Shown here in pieces: positions 1 to 12,890 of a DNA stretch of 64,000 bases. The DNA comes from Leucoraja erinacea (taxonomy: Eukaryota): positions 62,558,001 to 62,622,000 of the forward strand of contig NC_073378.1 in assembly GCF_028641065.1 (NCBI RefSeq), given 5' to 3'. Both the position numbers and the translations under genes were made by a program. The notes under the pieces were generated by a model that saw nothing but the letters and a program-made list of their open reading frames with translations, ran no database searches and was not told where the DNA came from. Numbering within the stretch: position 1 is the stretch's first letter; every line of letters begins with the position of its first letter.

Positions 1-1015
1 ACCAACAGATTACAATCAGTGAGGAGAGGTAACAAATCATCCTTTACGATCAATCCTCAACACTGGTGCCATGCAAGACTGCTTTCTCAGCCCCTTTCTA
101 TACTCCTGAAACACTCATGACTCTGCAGCCAAATACCAATCCAACTCAATTTACAAAGTCGTAGGCGACACCACCTTAATGGGCCGGATATCAAATAATG
201 ATCAGACGGAGTACAGGAAGGAGATTGAGAAACCCCGTAACCTGATGCCAAGAAAACTAATCCTCAATACCAAGAAGACCAAGGAGTTTGTGATTGACTT
301 AAGGGAACAAAGCGGTACACTCACATTGATGGTGCCGAAGTAGAGATGGTTGAAAGTTTCAAGTTCTTCAAAATAAATATCACCAGCAATTTGTCCTGGA
401 CTAGCCATAGCATGGCATTGGCCAAGATAGCACAACAATTACTCTACTTTCTTATAAAGCTTGGGATGTGCATGGCCCCAACAGCCCTCACCAGCTTCTA
501 CAGATGCGCCATAGAAAGCATTTTATCACCATGCATAGTTTGGGAACAGCTCCATCCAAGACCGCAAGAAATTGTAGAGAGTTGTGGACGTAGCCTAGAC
601 CATCGCGCAAACCAAACACTCTTCCATTGATTCCATCCACACTTCACATTGCCTCGGCAAGACTACCAGCATAATCAAGGACCACTCACCCCAGTCACTC
701 CCTCTTCTCTCCTCTTCCATCAGGGAAGAGATACAGAAGTTTGATAAAGGATTATTCCAGAGTCAGGGTAAGTTTCTTCCAGCTTTTAACAGGCAACTGA
801 ACCATCCTCTCGCCAACTAGAGCCCTGATCTCCCATCTACCTCATTGGAACATTTATTTAATCAGACTTTATCTTGCACTGAATGTCATCTCCTTGTCCT
901 GTGGATGGCTCGATTGTAATAATTGAATAGTCTTTTCACTGACTGGATAACTCGTGGAAAAAAAAAGAGGCTTTTCACCTGACCTCGGTACACTTGACAC
1001 TAATAAACTAAACTA
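1..1015 (+). mobile_element. Degenerate Rex1/Babar-like non-LTR retrotransposon, 3' part
   Basis: Frameshifted RT motifs (NTGA.Q.C.LSP.LYS..THD; TKE.VID; FY..AIESIL) and an AATAAACTAAACTA tail at ~1002-1015; same family as 16545 and 51240. Confidence 0.7.
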
Positions 1016-2727
1016 GCCTGCAGGCCCTGATAACATTCTGGTGAATCTCTTGCTGAAGGAATTTTCAAACAGACATCTTTTTGTCTCCTGGGTAGACCCA
1101 TTGTCTCTGCCTGTTCGTGCCCCACCAAACTCATCTCCACATACCTTGACTCCATCCTATCCCCCTTGGTCAAATCCCTTCCTACCTATGTTCAAGACAC
1201 CTCAGACGTTTTCCTCTTTTTGTCTCCTGTTCTCTTCTACTTCAAATATTCTTTGCCAAGATGGCAATCAATGGCCATTGAGTGCTCTTGAGTACCTTTT
1301 TACATAATCCATCTTTCTGAAGTCTTGACTTTTCTGATTTTCTGACTGATTTCCTAACTGTCATCGGTGACGGTCACCCATCACCATAGCCATTTTTTTC
1401 CTTTTATCTTACCCTTTATTCAATAATCATGCTTACATTTTAAGAGGAATGGGGATGGTGGGGGGGATCACTGGGTGGTGGAGTTGCTGGTTGGCAATGG
1501 GTTAGCTGATGTGTTAGATGAACACTGATGAGGAATTAAATATCTAACTATATTGTACAGCTCGGTTAACCTTTTGACATGCTTGTTGAGGCATTACTGA
1601 AGTTACAGAATCTTGCATTCTTTCATGCACATTTGGATGCAACAATTTAAAATATAGAAGTGGTTATAATTGTAATAGGTGGTTTAAAAAAAAAAAAACC
1701 TTTAATGGGTTGCAGAAAAACCATGGTGTAACAATGAAAGGATAAATCAAATTAAAATGGGATTTATTCCAATAGAGGGAACAATAAAACAATGGAGGAA
1801 AAATGAAAAGCAATGATGTGCATATATTGAAAATGTCTGACTAACAAAATAATATTTAAAAGTTGTAGATGCAAATTTGTTAAAGTTTGCAGATGTACTG
1901 ATAATGAAGGCACCATCTGTGACAATGGAAGCAATGTTCACAGTTGCATAACTTAGCAGCAGTCACTGATCAAGCACATCTCCATGGGCTCTGCTATTTG
2001 TGGCCTTCGTTAACAATCAAATGAAATCACTCCACTGAATTTGGACTACTATTATGGAATAAACCTGTGGAAAAATGTTGAGTCGATTATCTCTGCGTTT
2101 TTAATGCTGATTTCAGCCATTATTGCAGTTTACTAAAAGTTCATTTTACTTATGCATTGCATTTCACTAGGCATAGATATTTTGAAAATAACCTATTTTA
2201 AATCTGTTGGTTCAGCTTGTGCTTTAATTCTGTGCATGTTCCAAATGCAATGTATCATTGTGTCCAATTTTTTGAAAGTTTAAATTCCTGCATATGTTTG
2301 GATATTCAGTCCCAATGACATCATAATCTAGGATTTCAGAATGTGGGAAGGTTTCACCACAAAACATTAGATCTTTGCAGGGAACGTTTATTGGAATGCC
2401 AGAAATCATTCTAATTTCACTGCTGATTGCAATTTCTGATCTGGTGTATGACTAAGAAGGTTCCTTAAGGCTTCAATAGATCAAACATTTCTGTTGGAGT
2501 CAAAGGCATGAATTATGACGTAGCATTCAGATTTGGAAGGACATAAGTTGTTTTGGCCAAAACAAAAAGATGGTTGTACATTAAAAGAAATAAATTGCTT
2601 ACAATTTTGCCATTTCAGTGTCTCAAAACATGCAGAAAATGTTTGCATTATTTTCAACAAAAAATATCTTTGGCAATTATAAGTTGTCTTAGCTGTAATT
2701 TTTTTTTAAAACCATTTCATTTTTTAG

Positions 2728-2845
2728 AACGCCCACCATGGCAGGAGGACTTTTTTCAATAGACAGAGATTACTTTGAGTTAATAGGAACGTATGATGCA
2801 GGCATGGATATATGGGGAGGAGAAAACCTAGAGATATCTTTCAGA
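2728..2845 (+). CDS. GALNT1: GALNT1 coding exon (catalytic domain, Gal/GalNAc-T motif)
   Basis: ttttag|A ACG CCC...TTC AGA|gtaag; encodes [39 protein letters not shown]; not recovered in this frame by the ORF track. Confidence 0.96.
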
Positions 2846-3141
2846 GTAAGTATTTGATCATTTATTTTGGGGGGGAGCATTATTCATACCTAATATAATA
2901 TATCTAAAGTTCAGTGTTTTAGGGATTTGCATTCTTTATTAATATTATAAAGTGCTAAGTAGATATATTTGTAATAATTTATTTTTGGATATTTAAAGAG
3001 AAGGATGATTATTCAGAGTTTCTCATTTACTTATTACAATCTGCAGTCACTTGGTCCATGTCAACTCTGGCTGATCAATCCACTATATTCCATTCTCCTT
3101 TCTCTTATTTTCTGCAGCTTTGCAAGTTATTTTTTCTCATA

Positions 3142-4751
3142 CAGTACATTCAGGAAGTATTCAGACCCCTTCACTTTTTCCACATTTAGTTACGTTACAG
3201 CCTTATTTAAAAATGGATTAAATCATTTTTTTATCATCAATCTACACACAATACCCCAGAATGAAGAAGCGAAAACAGGTGTTTACAAAATTTTCCAGAG
3301 TAATTAAAAATAAATAACTGAAATATCACATTTACATATTCAGACCCATTGCTGTGACACTCAAAAATGAACTTGGGTTCATCCTGTTTCCATTGATTAT
3401 CCTGGAGATGTTTCTACAACTTGATTGGAGTCCACCAGCGGTAAATTAAATTGATTGGCATGAGTTGGAAAGGCAGACACCTATCTCTATAAGGTCCCAC
3501 AGTTGACAGTGTATGTCAGAGAAAACACCAAGCCATGAAGACAAAGAAATTGTCCGTAGACCTCCGAGACAGGATTGTGTTGAGACACAGATCTGGGGAA
3601 GGATATAAAACAATTTCTGCAGCATTGCAGGTCCCGAAGAGCACAGTGGCCTCAGTCATTCTTAAATGGAATAACCCGCCCGGCCAAGCTGTGCAATCGA
3701 GGGGGAAGGGCCTTGGTCAGGGAGGTGACCAAGAACTCGATGGTCACTCTGACAGAGCTCCAGAGTTCCTCTGTGGAGATGGGAAAACCTTCCAGAAGGA
3801 CAACTATATCTGCAGCACTCCACCAATCAGGCCTTTATGGTAGAGTGGCCAGACGGAAGCCACTCCTCAGTAAAAGGCACATGACAGCCTGCTTGGAGTT
3901 TGCCAAAAGGCACCTAAAGGACTCTCAGACCATGAGAAACAAGATTCTCTGATCTGATCTAATGAAACCAAGATTGAATTCTGGCCTAAATGCCAAGCGT
4001 CACGTCTGGAGGAACTGGGAGACTAATCAGGATTGAGGGAAAGATGAACAGAGCAAAGTACAGAGAGATCTTTGATGAAAACCTGCTCCAGAGCGTTCTG
4101 GACCTCAGACTGGGGTGGAGGTTCACCTTCCAACAGGACAATGACCCTAAGCACACAGCTAGGACAATGCAGGAGTGGCTTTGTGACAAGTCTGTGAATG
4201 TCTTTGAGTGGCCCAGCCAGAGCCCGGACTTGAACCTGATCGAACATCTCTGGAGGGATCTGAAAATAGCTATGCAACGACACTCCCCATCCAACTTGAC
4301 AGATTGAGAGGATCTGCAGAGAAGAATGGGAGAAATTACCCAAATACAGATTTGCCAAGCTTTAGGTGTCATACCCAAGAAGACTTGAGCCTGTAATCGC
4401 TGCCAAAGATGGGAGTAAAGGGTCTGAATACTTATGTAAATGTGAAATGTTATTTATTTTTAATTTGGGACGATCAGGGACGATTGGGGACGATCAGCCA
4501 TGATCGCAATGAATGGTGGTACTGGCTCGAAGGGCCAAATGGCCTCCTCCTGCACCTATTTTCTATGTTTCTAATTTGTAAAAAATTTCGAAACACCTGT
4601 TATTGCTTTTTTATTATGGGGTTATTGTGTGTCGATTGGTGATTTACAAAAAAAAATTAATACATTTTAGAATAAAGCTGTAAATTTTGTAAAGCAAATG
4701 TAACAAAATGTGGAAAAAGTGAAGGGGTCTGAATACTTTCTAAATGCACTG
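3142..4751 (+). mobile_element. Tc1/mariner transposon (DD34E, IR/DR type), defective
   Basis: TA|CAGT...ACTG|TA ends; ~200-bp TIRs with internal TATTCAGACCC direct repeats; transposase fragments MKTKKLSVDLRDRIV..., [18 protein letters not shown]-(34 aa)[11 protein letters not shown]; frameshifts and internal deletions. Confidence 0.95.
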
Positions 4752-6022
4752 TAGGACAGCAGGGTTCATTAAGATTCCATTGACACAAGGTACACAAAAG
4801 GAACATTCACACCAGTCATGACTGTATCTTTGCCTTTGCACTATCTATTCTACTGGAGTTTGACGATTGTATTTATATATAATCAATCTGATCTGGAGAT
4901 AGCACACAAAACGAAACTTTTCCCTGTTCTTCAGCCGGCCTACCCTTTACATCTTTAGAATGCAGCAGAAAAGAGAAGCACCTGTGGGAAATGCATGCAA
5001 TCACAGGATGAGTGCACATTCTGCATGCAGACGCACCTGAACTGTCCGCATGGAGAAAGCACCATACTACCACATGCTATCATATTGTCCTGCTGTGTCA
5101 CATTTGAAAGAACTTGCTCCCCACCGCAATTTGTCATTTCTTCTTGGATATTGCTCAATGGCAGTGCTCCTGTTTCGGAGATCATAGTTAGTACAATCAG
5201 GCCATGTATCAGAAATTTGAATCGCATTATTTATATTGGTACCTTTGTGCATAACTGACTTAATGCTTCACTGTTAGATTTGTTATGATTTAAATTAGAG
5301 ATTAACACCTGTTATAAATTTCTGCCTAGGAATAAATTATCATTTGCTGCATTCTGAGAAGTACAATGACGTGTTGATGATCTAGTCAACATTTATTCTG
5401 CTACCTTCTTAAACTGTTAATGATGTTTAAAGGGCATTTGGGAGGGGGCAGGAGTGTATGTTTAAATTTATTCTTGGAGTCAAATGAGTTTAGTTTACGT
5501 TGAATGGCAATCAATTTTAAGCACTGAGGATTTAATTTTAGTTAATGGCTAACTTTGGATTTTTGACTTGCTTTGGAAACCTAAAGCACATTCTGCTAAC
5601 TGCTCAACTTTCAGAACAGTAAATACATTGTTCATGATGAGAACGTCTTGAATATTTAAATGATGAATCTGCAAACAAATCTAGTTATATTACTTAATGA
5701 TCATATTTAATTAATATTTTAGCATCATGATGTAACTTATACAAAGATGGTTATGACATGCTATCACTGCAAACCAGGACAATTTTGTAATGTAAGTATT
5801 AACATGCAAAATTGTCCTGGTTTGCAATGATGTGTCATAACCATCTTTGTGTCTGTTACATCATGAAGCAAAAATATTAATTCAATGCGTAAAAATATAA
5901 TATTACATTTTAATTCAATTTTAAAACCTTGGGCAACTTTAAAGTTTGTGAATACTTGTCTCAAAAAAAGGATATCACAAAGTTACGCGAGGTGCTTCAT
6001 AAATGCACATTATATCTTCTAG

Positions 6023-6203
6023 ATCTGGCAATGTGGTGGTACTTTGGAGATAGTTACTTGTTCACATGTAGGCCATGTATTTCGTAAAGCTACTCCTTAC
6101 ACTTTTCCTGGAGGCACTGGTCAGATAATAAACAAGAATAATAGAAGGCTCGCAGAGGTCTGGATGGATGACTTCAAAAGTTTTTTCTATATTATTTCTC
6201 CTG
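6023..6203 (+). CDS. GALNT1: GALNT1 coding exon
   Basis: ttctag|ATC TGG...CCT G|gtaagt; [60 protein letters not shown]; GTL and GQIINK match GALNT1 rather than GALNT13. Confidence 0.97.
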
Positions 6204-6299
6204 GTAAGTATAGAAAATATCCACCTCCTTGAATGTATTTTGTATCATTTTTTAGTCAAGAGAATATACTTTGAGCACATCACATAAGATCACAATGTC

Positions 6300-6960
6300 T
6301 TGTAGAACAACAATCTAACGTCCCAAGTTATATATACTCTTATTTCCTGGCTGATGAAGGCCAGCATGGCAAAAGCTGCCTTCACCATCCTATCTACCTA
6401 TGAAGCCATTTTCAGGCTACTCTGTACTTGTACTCTGAGATCTCTTGGCTCCGCAGCCCTCCCCAGGATCCTGCCATTCACTGAAGGTCTTGCCCTGATT
6501 GGACTTCCGAAAATGCAACATCTCTCCATCATCTGAATAAACTCCAATTTGGCCTATTTGTCCAGCTGATCAAGATCCAATTGTAAACCTTGATAACCAC
6601 CTGTCTATAATACCACCGGTTTTAGTGGTGTCTGCAAACATACTAATCTTGTCTCGTATATTCTCAAGCAAATTGTTGATGTTGATAACAACAGCAATGG
6701 TCCCAGCACCAACCTCTGAGGCACACCACTCGTCACAGGGCTCCAACCCAAGATACAACTTTGCACTGCAACCCTCTGCTTTCTCTTCCATCGTGAATAT
6801 TTTGAATTCAGTTAGCTATCTCCCCATGGATCCCATGTGATCTAACCTTCTTGCGCAACCTTATCAAAGGCCTTGCTAAAGACCATGTCTATGAGCCTGC
6901 CTTCATCAACCCTCTTGGTTACTTAAAAAAACTCAAATTTGTGAGACACGGTCTCCCATG
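6300..6960 (-). mobile_element. Old CR1-like LINE RT fragment
   Basis: Minus strand gives degenerate RT motifs (ISMFADTTKTGG, EVLHFG-like). Confidence 0.6.
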
Positions 6961-7591
6961 ATTTTAAAGACAATCGAAAGTTAGTTTGGAACACAAGATG
7001 ATTTGGAATTAATTAATTTAAATGTCGCTATGCTACATAGTCCTCAGGCATCTCCATTGAAATCGATACAGTTTCAGGCATAGGATCCACTAGCCCTACC
7101 CAAGAATGGTGTGGAATCCCAAGCGTACTGAACTGTGCCATGAGACTCCGTGTGGAGTCCCATGAGAGATGTAATGTCGTCTCAGACCACTTGCACAACT
7201 ACAAAGCTCTGACATTTACTGAAGTTCAGCAGCTGATTGCCAGTGTGACTTCAGCCAATAAGACTTTGCCCACTAGATGAGACGCAAAACTGTAGCACAA
7301 AATGCTGTAGGGTCTATTACCCTTTTACAGTAAGCATAGATTTGTGCATAATTCTAAATTTGTGCAATATAATCCAGCCTGCAATTGTGTTTCAATTATA
7401 ATTAATAATAATTGCCAAAAGATACCTTAAATTTCTTGAAATCCGGAGGAAACACAGCAAGTGCTGGAAACACGCAGCAGGGTGAAAGTATTTGTGGAGA
7501 TGAGTTAACAAATTTGGTACAATTGTCTTTAACTTAATCAACATTAATTTTTTTTTTCATGATTTATTGTGATATGGTTTTAATTCAATAG

Positions 7592-7731
7592 GTGTTACGA
7601 AGGTTGAATATGGAGACGTAGCAGCACGCAAAGCTTTGAGACAAAAGCTGTCATGTAAACCTTTCTCTTGGTTCCTGGAAAACGTTTATCCTGACTCCCA
7701 TATTCCACGGCATTATTTCTCCCTGGGAGAG
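7592..7731 (+). CDS. GALNT1: GALNT1 coding exon
   Basis: caatag|GT GTT ACG...GGA GAG|gtac; (G)[46 protein letters not shown]; phase matches the previous exon. Confidence 0.95.
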
Positions 7732-8189
7732 GTACAATTTTCAGCAATTCTGAAGATGATTTTAATTTTATCAACGATATAATTTGAGACAAAATAGCTG
7801 CTGCTTCACAGAGCTGTCACTATTTTCAATTCATTTGTTTGAAGTTATTACATTTTTGTCTATCGTGTGTCGTCATTGAATGTTGGTCTTGTTGATTTGA
7901 TCACAAGTGCACGCTGACGTCATTTGTGTGTGACGATGCTTTTTGTAGGAATAACCAGGTTGAAAATCAATCTCCTCTTGCAAACACGTGGTCTGAATCT
8001 GCTGAGAGACCCCTGCTGCTGTTATGCTGACCGCAGGTTGAATTTGGACTCTGTAATTTCCCAGCATTGCGATTATAAATTTGGGTGTTGATTATGTGCC
8101 GCGCTAGAATTGTGTACTCCTGGCATTTAACTGGGGCTCTCTGTGGTTAATCCACAAAATTCGCAAAAGCAAAATAATTTTCTTGTGTA

Positions 8190-9145
8190 ATTAACCATAT
8201 AACAAACCATATAACAATTATAGCACGGAAACAGGCCATCTCGGCCGTTCTAGTCCGTGCCAAACACTTATTCTCCACCTGGCCCCATCTACCTGCACTC
8301 AGACCATAACCCTCCATTCCTTTCCCGTCCATATACCTATCCAATTTATTTTTAAATGATAAAATCGAACCTGCCTCCACCACTTCCACTGGAAGCTCAT
8401 TCCACACAGCTACCACTCTCTGAGTAAAGAAGTTCCTCCTCATGTTACCCCTAAACTTCTGTCCCTTAATTCTCAAATCATGTCCTCTTGTTTGAATCTT
8501 CCCTACTCTCAATGGAAAAAGCTTATCCACGTCAACTGTCTATCCCTCTCATCATTTTAGAGACCTCTATCAAGTCCCCCCTTAACCTTCTGCGCTCCAA
8601 AGAATAAAGACCTAACTTGTTCAACCTTTCTCTGTAACTTAGTTGCTGAACCCCAGGCAATATTCTAGTAAATCTCCTCTGTACTCTCTCTATTTTGTTG
8701 ACATCTTTCCTATAATTAGGCGACCAAAATTGTACACCATACTGCAGAATTGGCCTCACCAATGCCTTGTACAATTTTAACATTGCATCCCAACTTCTAT
8801 ACTCAATGCTCTGATTTATAAAGGCCAGCACACCAAAAGCTTTCTTTACCACCCTATGTCCATGAGATTCCACCTTCAGGGAACTATGCACAGTTATTCC
8901 TAGATCCCTCTGTTCAACTGCATTCCTCAATTCGCTACCATTTACCATGTACGTCCTATTTTGATTTGTCTTGCCAAGATGTAGCACCTCACACTTATCA
9001 GCATTAAACTCCATCTGCCATCTTTCAGCCCCCTCTTCCAAATGGCCTAAATCTCTCTGTAGACTTCATTAACCACACCACCACCTATCATACTTACTAA
9101 TTCAATTTACCACACCATCATCCAGATCATTGATGTATATGACAC
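8190..9145 (-). mobile_element. Young CR1-like LINE, 5'-truncated
   Basis: ORFs 8532-9041 and 8147-8530 (WQMEFNADKCEVLHLG...YKALVRP.L.Y.VQFWSP...LERRRLRGDLIE...FFTQRVVAVWNELP); (GGTTATAT)n-type tail. Confidence 0.92.
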
Positions 9146-10256
9146 CTTTAACAAATGCCGGTTATTATTCTAATATCTTGACACTAAAAGTTAAACATCA
9201 TTGTTATTTCAATTGGATTTCTATTGTCTTTTACACTTGTAAAACTTCATGAGTAAATTGTCCCTCTGATACCATAACTGGCAGGTGTGACTTGAACCAT
9301 CCGAAACTTGTGCTTTGTTTTTCTCCTTCTAAATTTATCTGCCTCTCCACTTCCCTTGTTTAAAAAAAATTCCTTTGATTAAGCTTTTGATCACCCAAAA
9401 ATATTTGACCCTTGTATCTTGGTCTATTTTTTTGTGTACGTTATTAAATTTTTGTGAAACAGCTTGAAAATACTGTTTAAAGTATTATGTTAACACAAAT
9501 TGTTTATAATGATGAAAGCATGGTCAGATAGGTATAAACAAAATAGAGTGATATGTTGGCTAATGGTCTATTCTGTACAAATCCTTTTTCCAAATCTGCC
9601 TCTTCAATCTGGCAATCCAAACCAGAGGAGATTTTGCAAATTTCCATTCAACATTTAAGCCCATGATAATAGGCTTTCAAAAAGCACTCGCGTGATTAAC
9701 ATAAAAATATGAAACATGAAATCAGAATTTTGTTTGAGGTGCAGTTGCCATTAAACGACTCAAAACTCCTGGGAAGTAGAAGAGATGATATTTTATCGTT
9801 ACACAGAGTAATTATAATATCAGAACATTTAAAATATTGAAGGTGGGCCTGTATGTCCACGGATGTTTGCATTTCATCTCGAGCCCCTCAATTCTAATTC
9901 AGTCTTCGTCCCTATTTAATTTAATGTTCTTCTTTTACAGGCAACTTTCTAATTTCCACTTCAATAATTTTGTCTGACCTAATAACTATGCTTAATGTAT
10001 GGCATTTTCACTGGATCCATGTTGAATAGATTCTTTCCAGTTTTCCTTTGTCTTTAGAGATATTCTTTGGTTTCCGTTCTATGTAGTACAACTAATTAAC
10101 CAACAGAACATTTCATTCTTTTGACTTTCAAGACTTTCCTCAGTATAGATGCCATGAGTTGCAGCCTATTTTCTGGTCCAGCTATTAGACCCTGATTTTT
10201 GAAGCATCTTTAAGAAGCCCATATTCTTTCTTGTATCATACATATGCATTTTGCTG

Positions 10257-10470
10257 AAGATAGACCTCAAAAGCTGGAGTAATCCAGTGGGTCAAACAGC
10301 ATCTCTGGAGAAAAGGAATAGGTGACGTTTCAGGTTGAGACCCTTCTTCATGTCTCGACCATGTCACCTATTCCTTTTCTCCAGAGATGCTGTCTAACCT
10401 GCTGAGTAATTCCAACTTTTTGTTTCTATATTCGGTTTAAACTAGCATCCGCTGTTCTTTCCTACACACT
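10257..10470. mobile_element. Palindromic Penelope-derived short element with hammerhead-like core
   Basis: Inverted arms; minus strand TGAAGAAGGGTCTCAACCTGAAACGTC; flanked by ATTTTGCTG direct repeat (10248-10256, 10471-10479). Confidence 0.7.
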
Positions 10471-10546
10471 ATTTTGCTGTGATGTTCATTGCTCCATGAG
10501 CTATCCTACAATGGGATGCAGTTTTGCATGCAATTACTCGGGAGTG

Positions 10547-10848
10547 AGGGCGGCATGGTGGTGCAGCAGTTGAGTTGCTGCCTTTCAGCGCTTGGAGCGC
10601 TGGAGACCCGGGTTTGATCCTGACTCTACGTGCTGTCTGGAGAAGTTTGTACCTTTTCCCGTGACCACGTGGGTTTCCTCACAAATCTTCGGTTTCCTCC
10701 CACTGGAGGTTTGTGGGTTGATTGGCTTGGTGTAAGTGTAAATTGTCCCTAGTGTGTAGGATAGTGTTAATGTTTGGGGATCACTGGTTGGTGCGGACTC
10801 ATTGGGCCGAAGGGCCTGTTTCAACGCTATTTCTTTAAACTAAACTAA
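10547..10848 (+). mobile_element. tRNA-derived V-SINE (HE1-like)
   Basis: tRNA-like head with A/B-box-like motifs, V-domain-like core (gtgggtttcctc...cggtttcctcccac), LINE-like 3' end and (TAAAC)n tail. Confidence 0.85.
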
Positions 10849-11819
10849 TCAGAATCTAATACAGATTCAGAAGGATAATTAAAGGTTCCAATGCAGATTA
10901 TTTGCTCTATTAAGCACTAATCAAAAGTTTTTTCCCTGCTTTTGAATTAATTTATGTTAAGACAATAATATTTCAATAACGCATAATTGATATGCATTGT
11001 GAAATTTCCTTGTTACATTAATTTTATCCATGAAAATTCCAATCCTTCATACTTTCTAAGATTAATTTTTTTCCAAAACATTTTTTATATGCAGTAAATG
11101 AGAAATGCAGTGTATATCAGGAAATTTCCATTTCAATCGTAGTTTGTCTTAATGCAAGATGTTTAACAGCAAATTAATGGCCTTTTTGGATGTTAATTTC
11201 TCTATCATTTATCAGAATGCCCTATGATAAAATTGCAACTTTAAAATGAGTCAAATTTATTGCAAGATAAAGATAGTGGAACATATGATTTAAGTTATTC
11301 ATAAAACTCTTATCTTATTTTTACTTATAAATAATAGGAATGAGAAATAACACGCAAACTCCTTTAAAGGACAGGTCTTAGTTAGAATATTGCAGACAGT
11401 ACAGATAACATTGTAGGAAAAAATATATTGCATAAGTGAGAATGCAGAGGAGATGCTGGGTGATGTTAGGAGGATTTTGCTGTAAGACTTAATGGTCCTA
11501 ACTTGAAATTTGCCTCCAACTGCTGAGTTCTTCCTGCAGTTTATTCTTTTTATGCTCGCTGGCATTGCTTTGACTGAAGTAGGGGAGGAAGGCTGAGTGT
11601 CCACTGTTGTTGCCATGTTTCTGATTTTTATGTTGCTTAAAATGGTGGAAGCAGAATTTTAAATTGAAATTTAAAATTTGCGACCACTATTATAGGAATC
11701 TTTCTATTTCCTCAGTGGTTTGCATATATTAATGTTTTCTCTCGTACTTCTATATTTTTTGCTGCCCTCGTATGAAGATATTGGTTCCTTCCTGCAATTT
11801 AGTTATATGAACTTCTTAT

Positions 11820-12433
11820 ATCCACACATTCATCTCCTCCCGCCTAGATTACTGCAACTCCCTTTACAATGGCATCAGTCAATCTTCCCTGTCCCGCCTG
11901 CAACTGGTCCAAATCGCCGCAGCGAGACTCCTGACGGGCACCCGAAAAAGGGGCCACATCACCTCGATCCTGGCCTCTCTCCACTGGCTCCCTGTGCGGT
12001 TCCGTATAAACTTCAAGATCCTCCTCCATGTCTACAAAGCCCTCAATGGGCTTGCCCCCACCTACATAAAAAGTCTTCTCACCCACCACTCCACCTCCAG
12101 GCCCCTCAGATCGGCCGACTTGGGGTTGCTGAATATCCCACGGTCTAGGCATAGGTTCAGGGGCAATCGCGCCTTTGCGGTTGCAGCCCCTAAACTGTGG
12201 AGCAGCATCCCCTTTCCCATCAGAACTACCCCCTCCATCGACTCTTTTAAGTCGAGACTGAAGACCTATCTATATTCCCAAGCCTTTCCTGACGTTCTCT
12301 GAGTGAGGGCTACATGTATATATGTATGTAGTTTGTTTTGTTGTGCTATTCTTATAACAAATGTAAAGCACTTTGGCCAATGAGAATTGTTTTTTAAATG
12401 TGCTATATAAATAAATGTGACTTGACTTGACTT
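11820..12433 (+). mobile_element. L2 LINE 3' fragment, intact reading frame
   Basis: IHTFISSRLDYCNSL...HITSILASLHWLPVRFRINFKILL...AFAVAAPKLW...SFKSRLKTYL; tail AATAAATGTGACTTGACTTGACTT. Confidence 0.92.
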
Positions 12434-12791
12434 ATAGTTTTAACCAAATTAGTATTTCTCATGTTTGTATCAAAATCAGCAATTTTGAAAGATTTTTGGG
12501 AGTTTAATTTTCATGGTTCTACTTGATCAATTCCTTAATCTTGTCATCACTCAGTTGATGTGTAATAATCAGTAACAGAAAGCCAAATAGTTTGGTAATT
12601 GTACTCTGCAGCAATGGCCCATCTCCCTGGTGAAAATACATTAATAGAAATAGAGCAAATATCAAGCTTGGGGCTTGTATTGCTGCATTCAGTAGTTGAT
12701 TGAGTTACTGAGTAAAGACTCTAAAGATGAATATGTTTTCAAATATGTCTTGGCTGGTTAACTAATCTATTTTATTTACCTTGTATTTTAG

Positions 12792-12890
12792 ATTAGAAAT
12801 GTAGAGACAAATCAATGTCTAGATAATATGGCAAGAAAGGAAAATGAAAAAGTGGGAATATTTAACTGTCATGGTATGGGAGGCAATCAG
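12792..12890 (+). CDS. GALNT1: GALNT1 coding exon (ricin lectin alpha repeat)
   Basis: ttttag|ATT AGA...AAT CAG|gtgagc; [33 protein letters not shown]. Confidence 0.97.
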
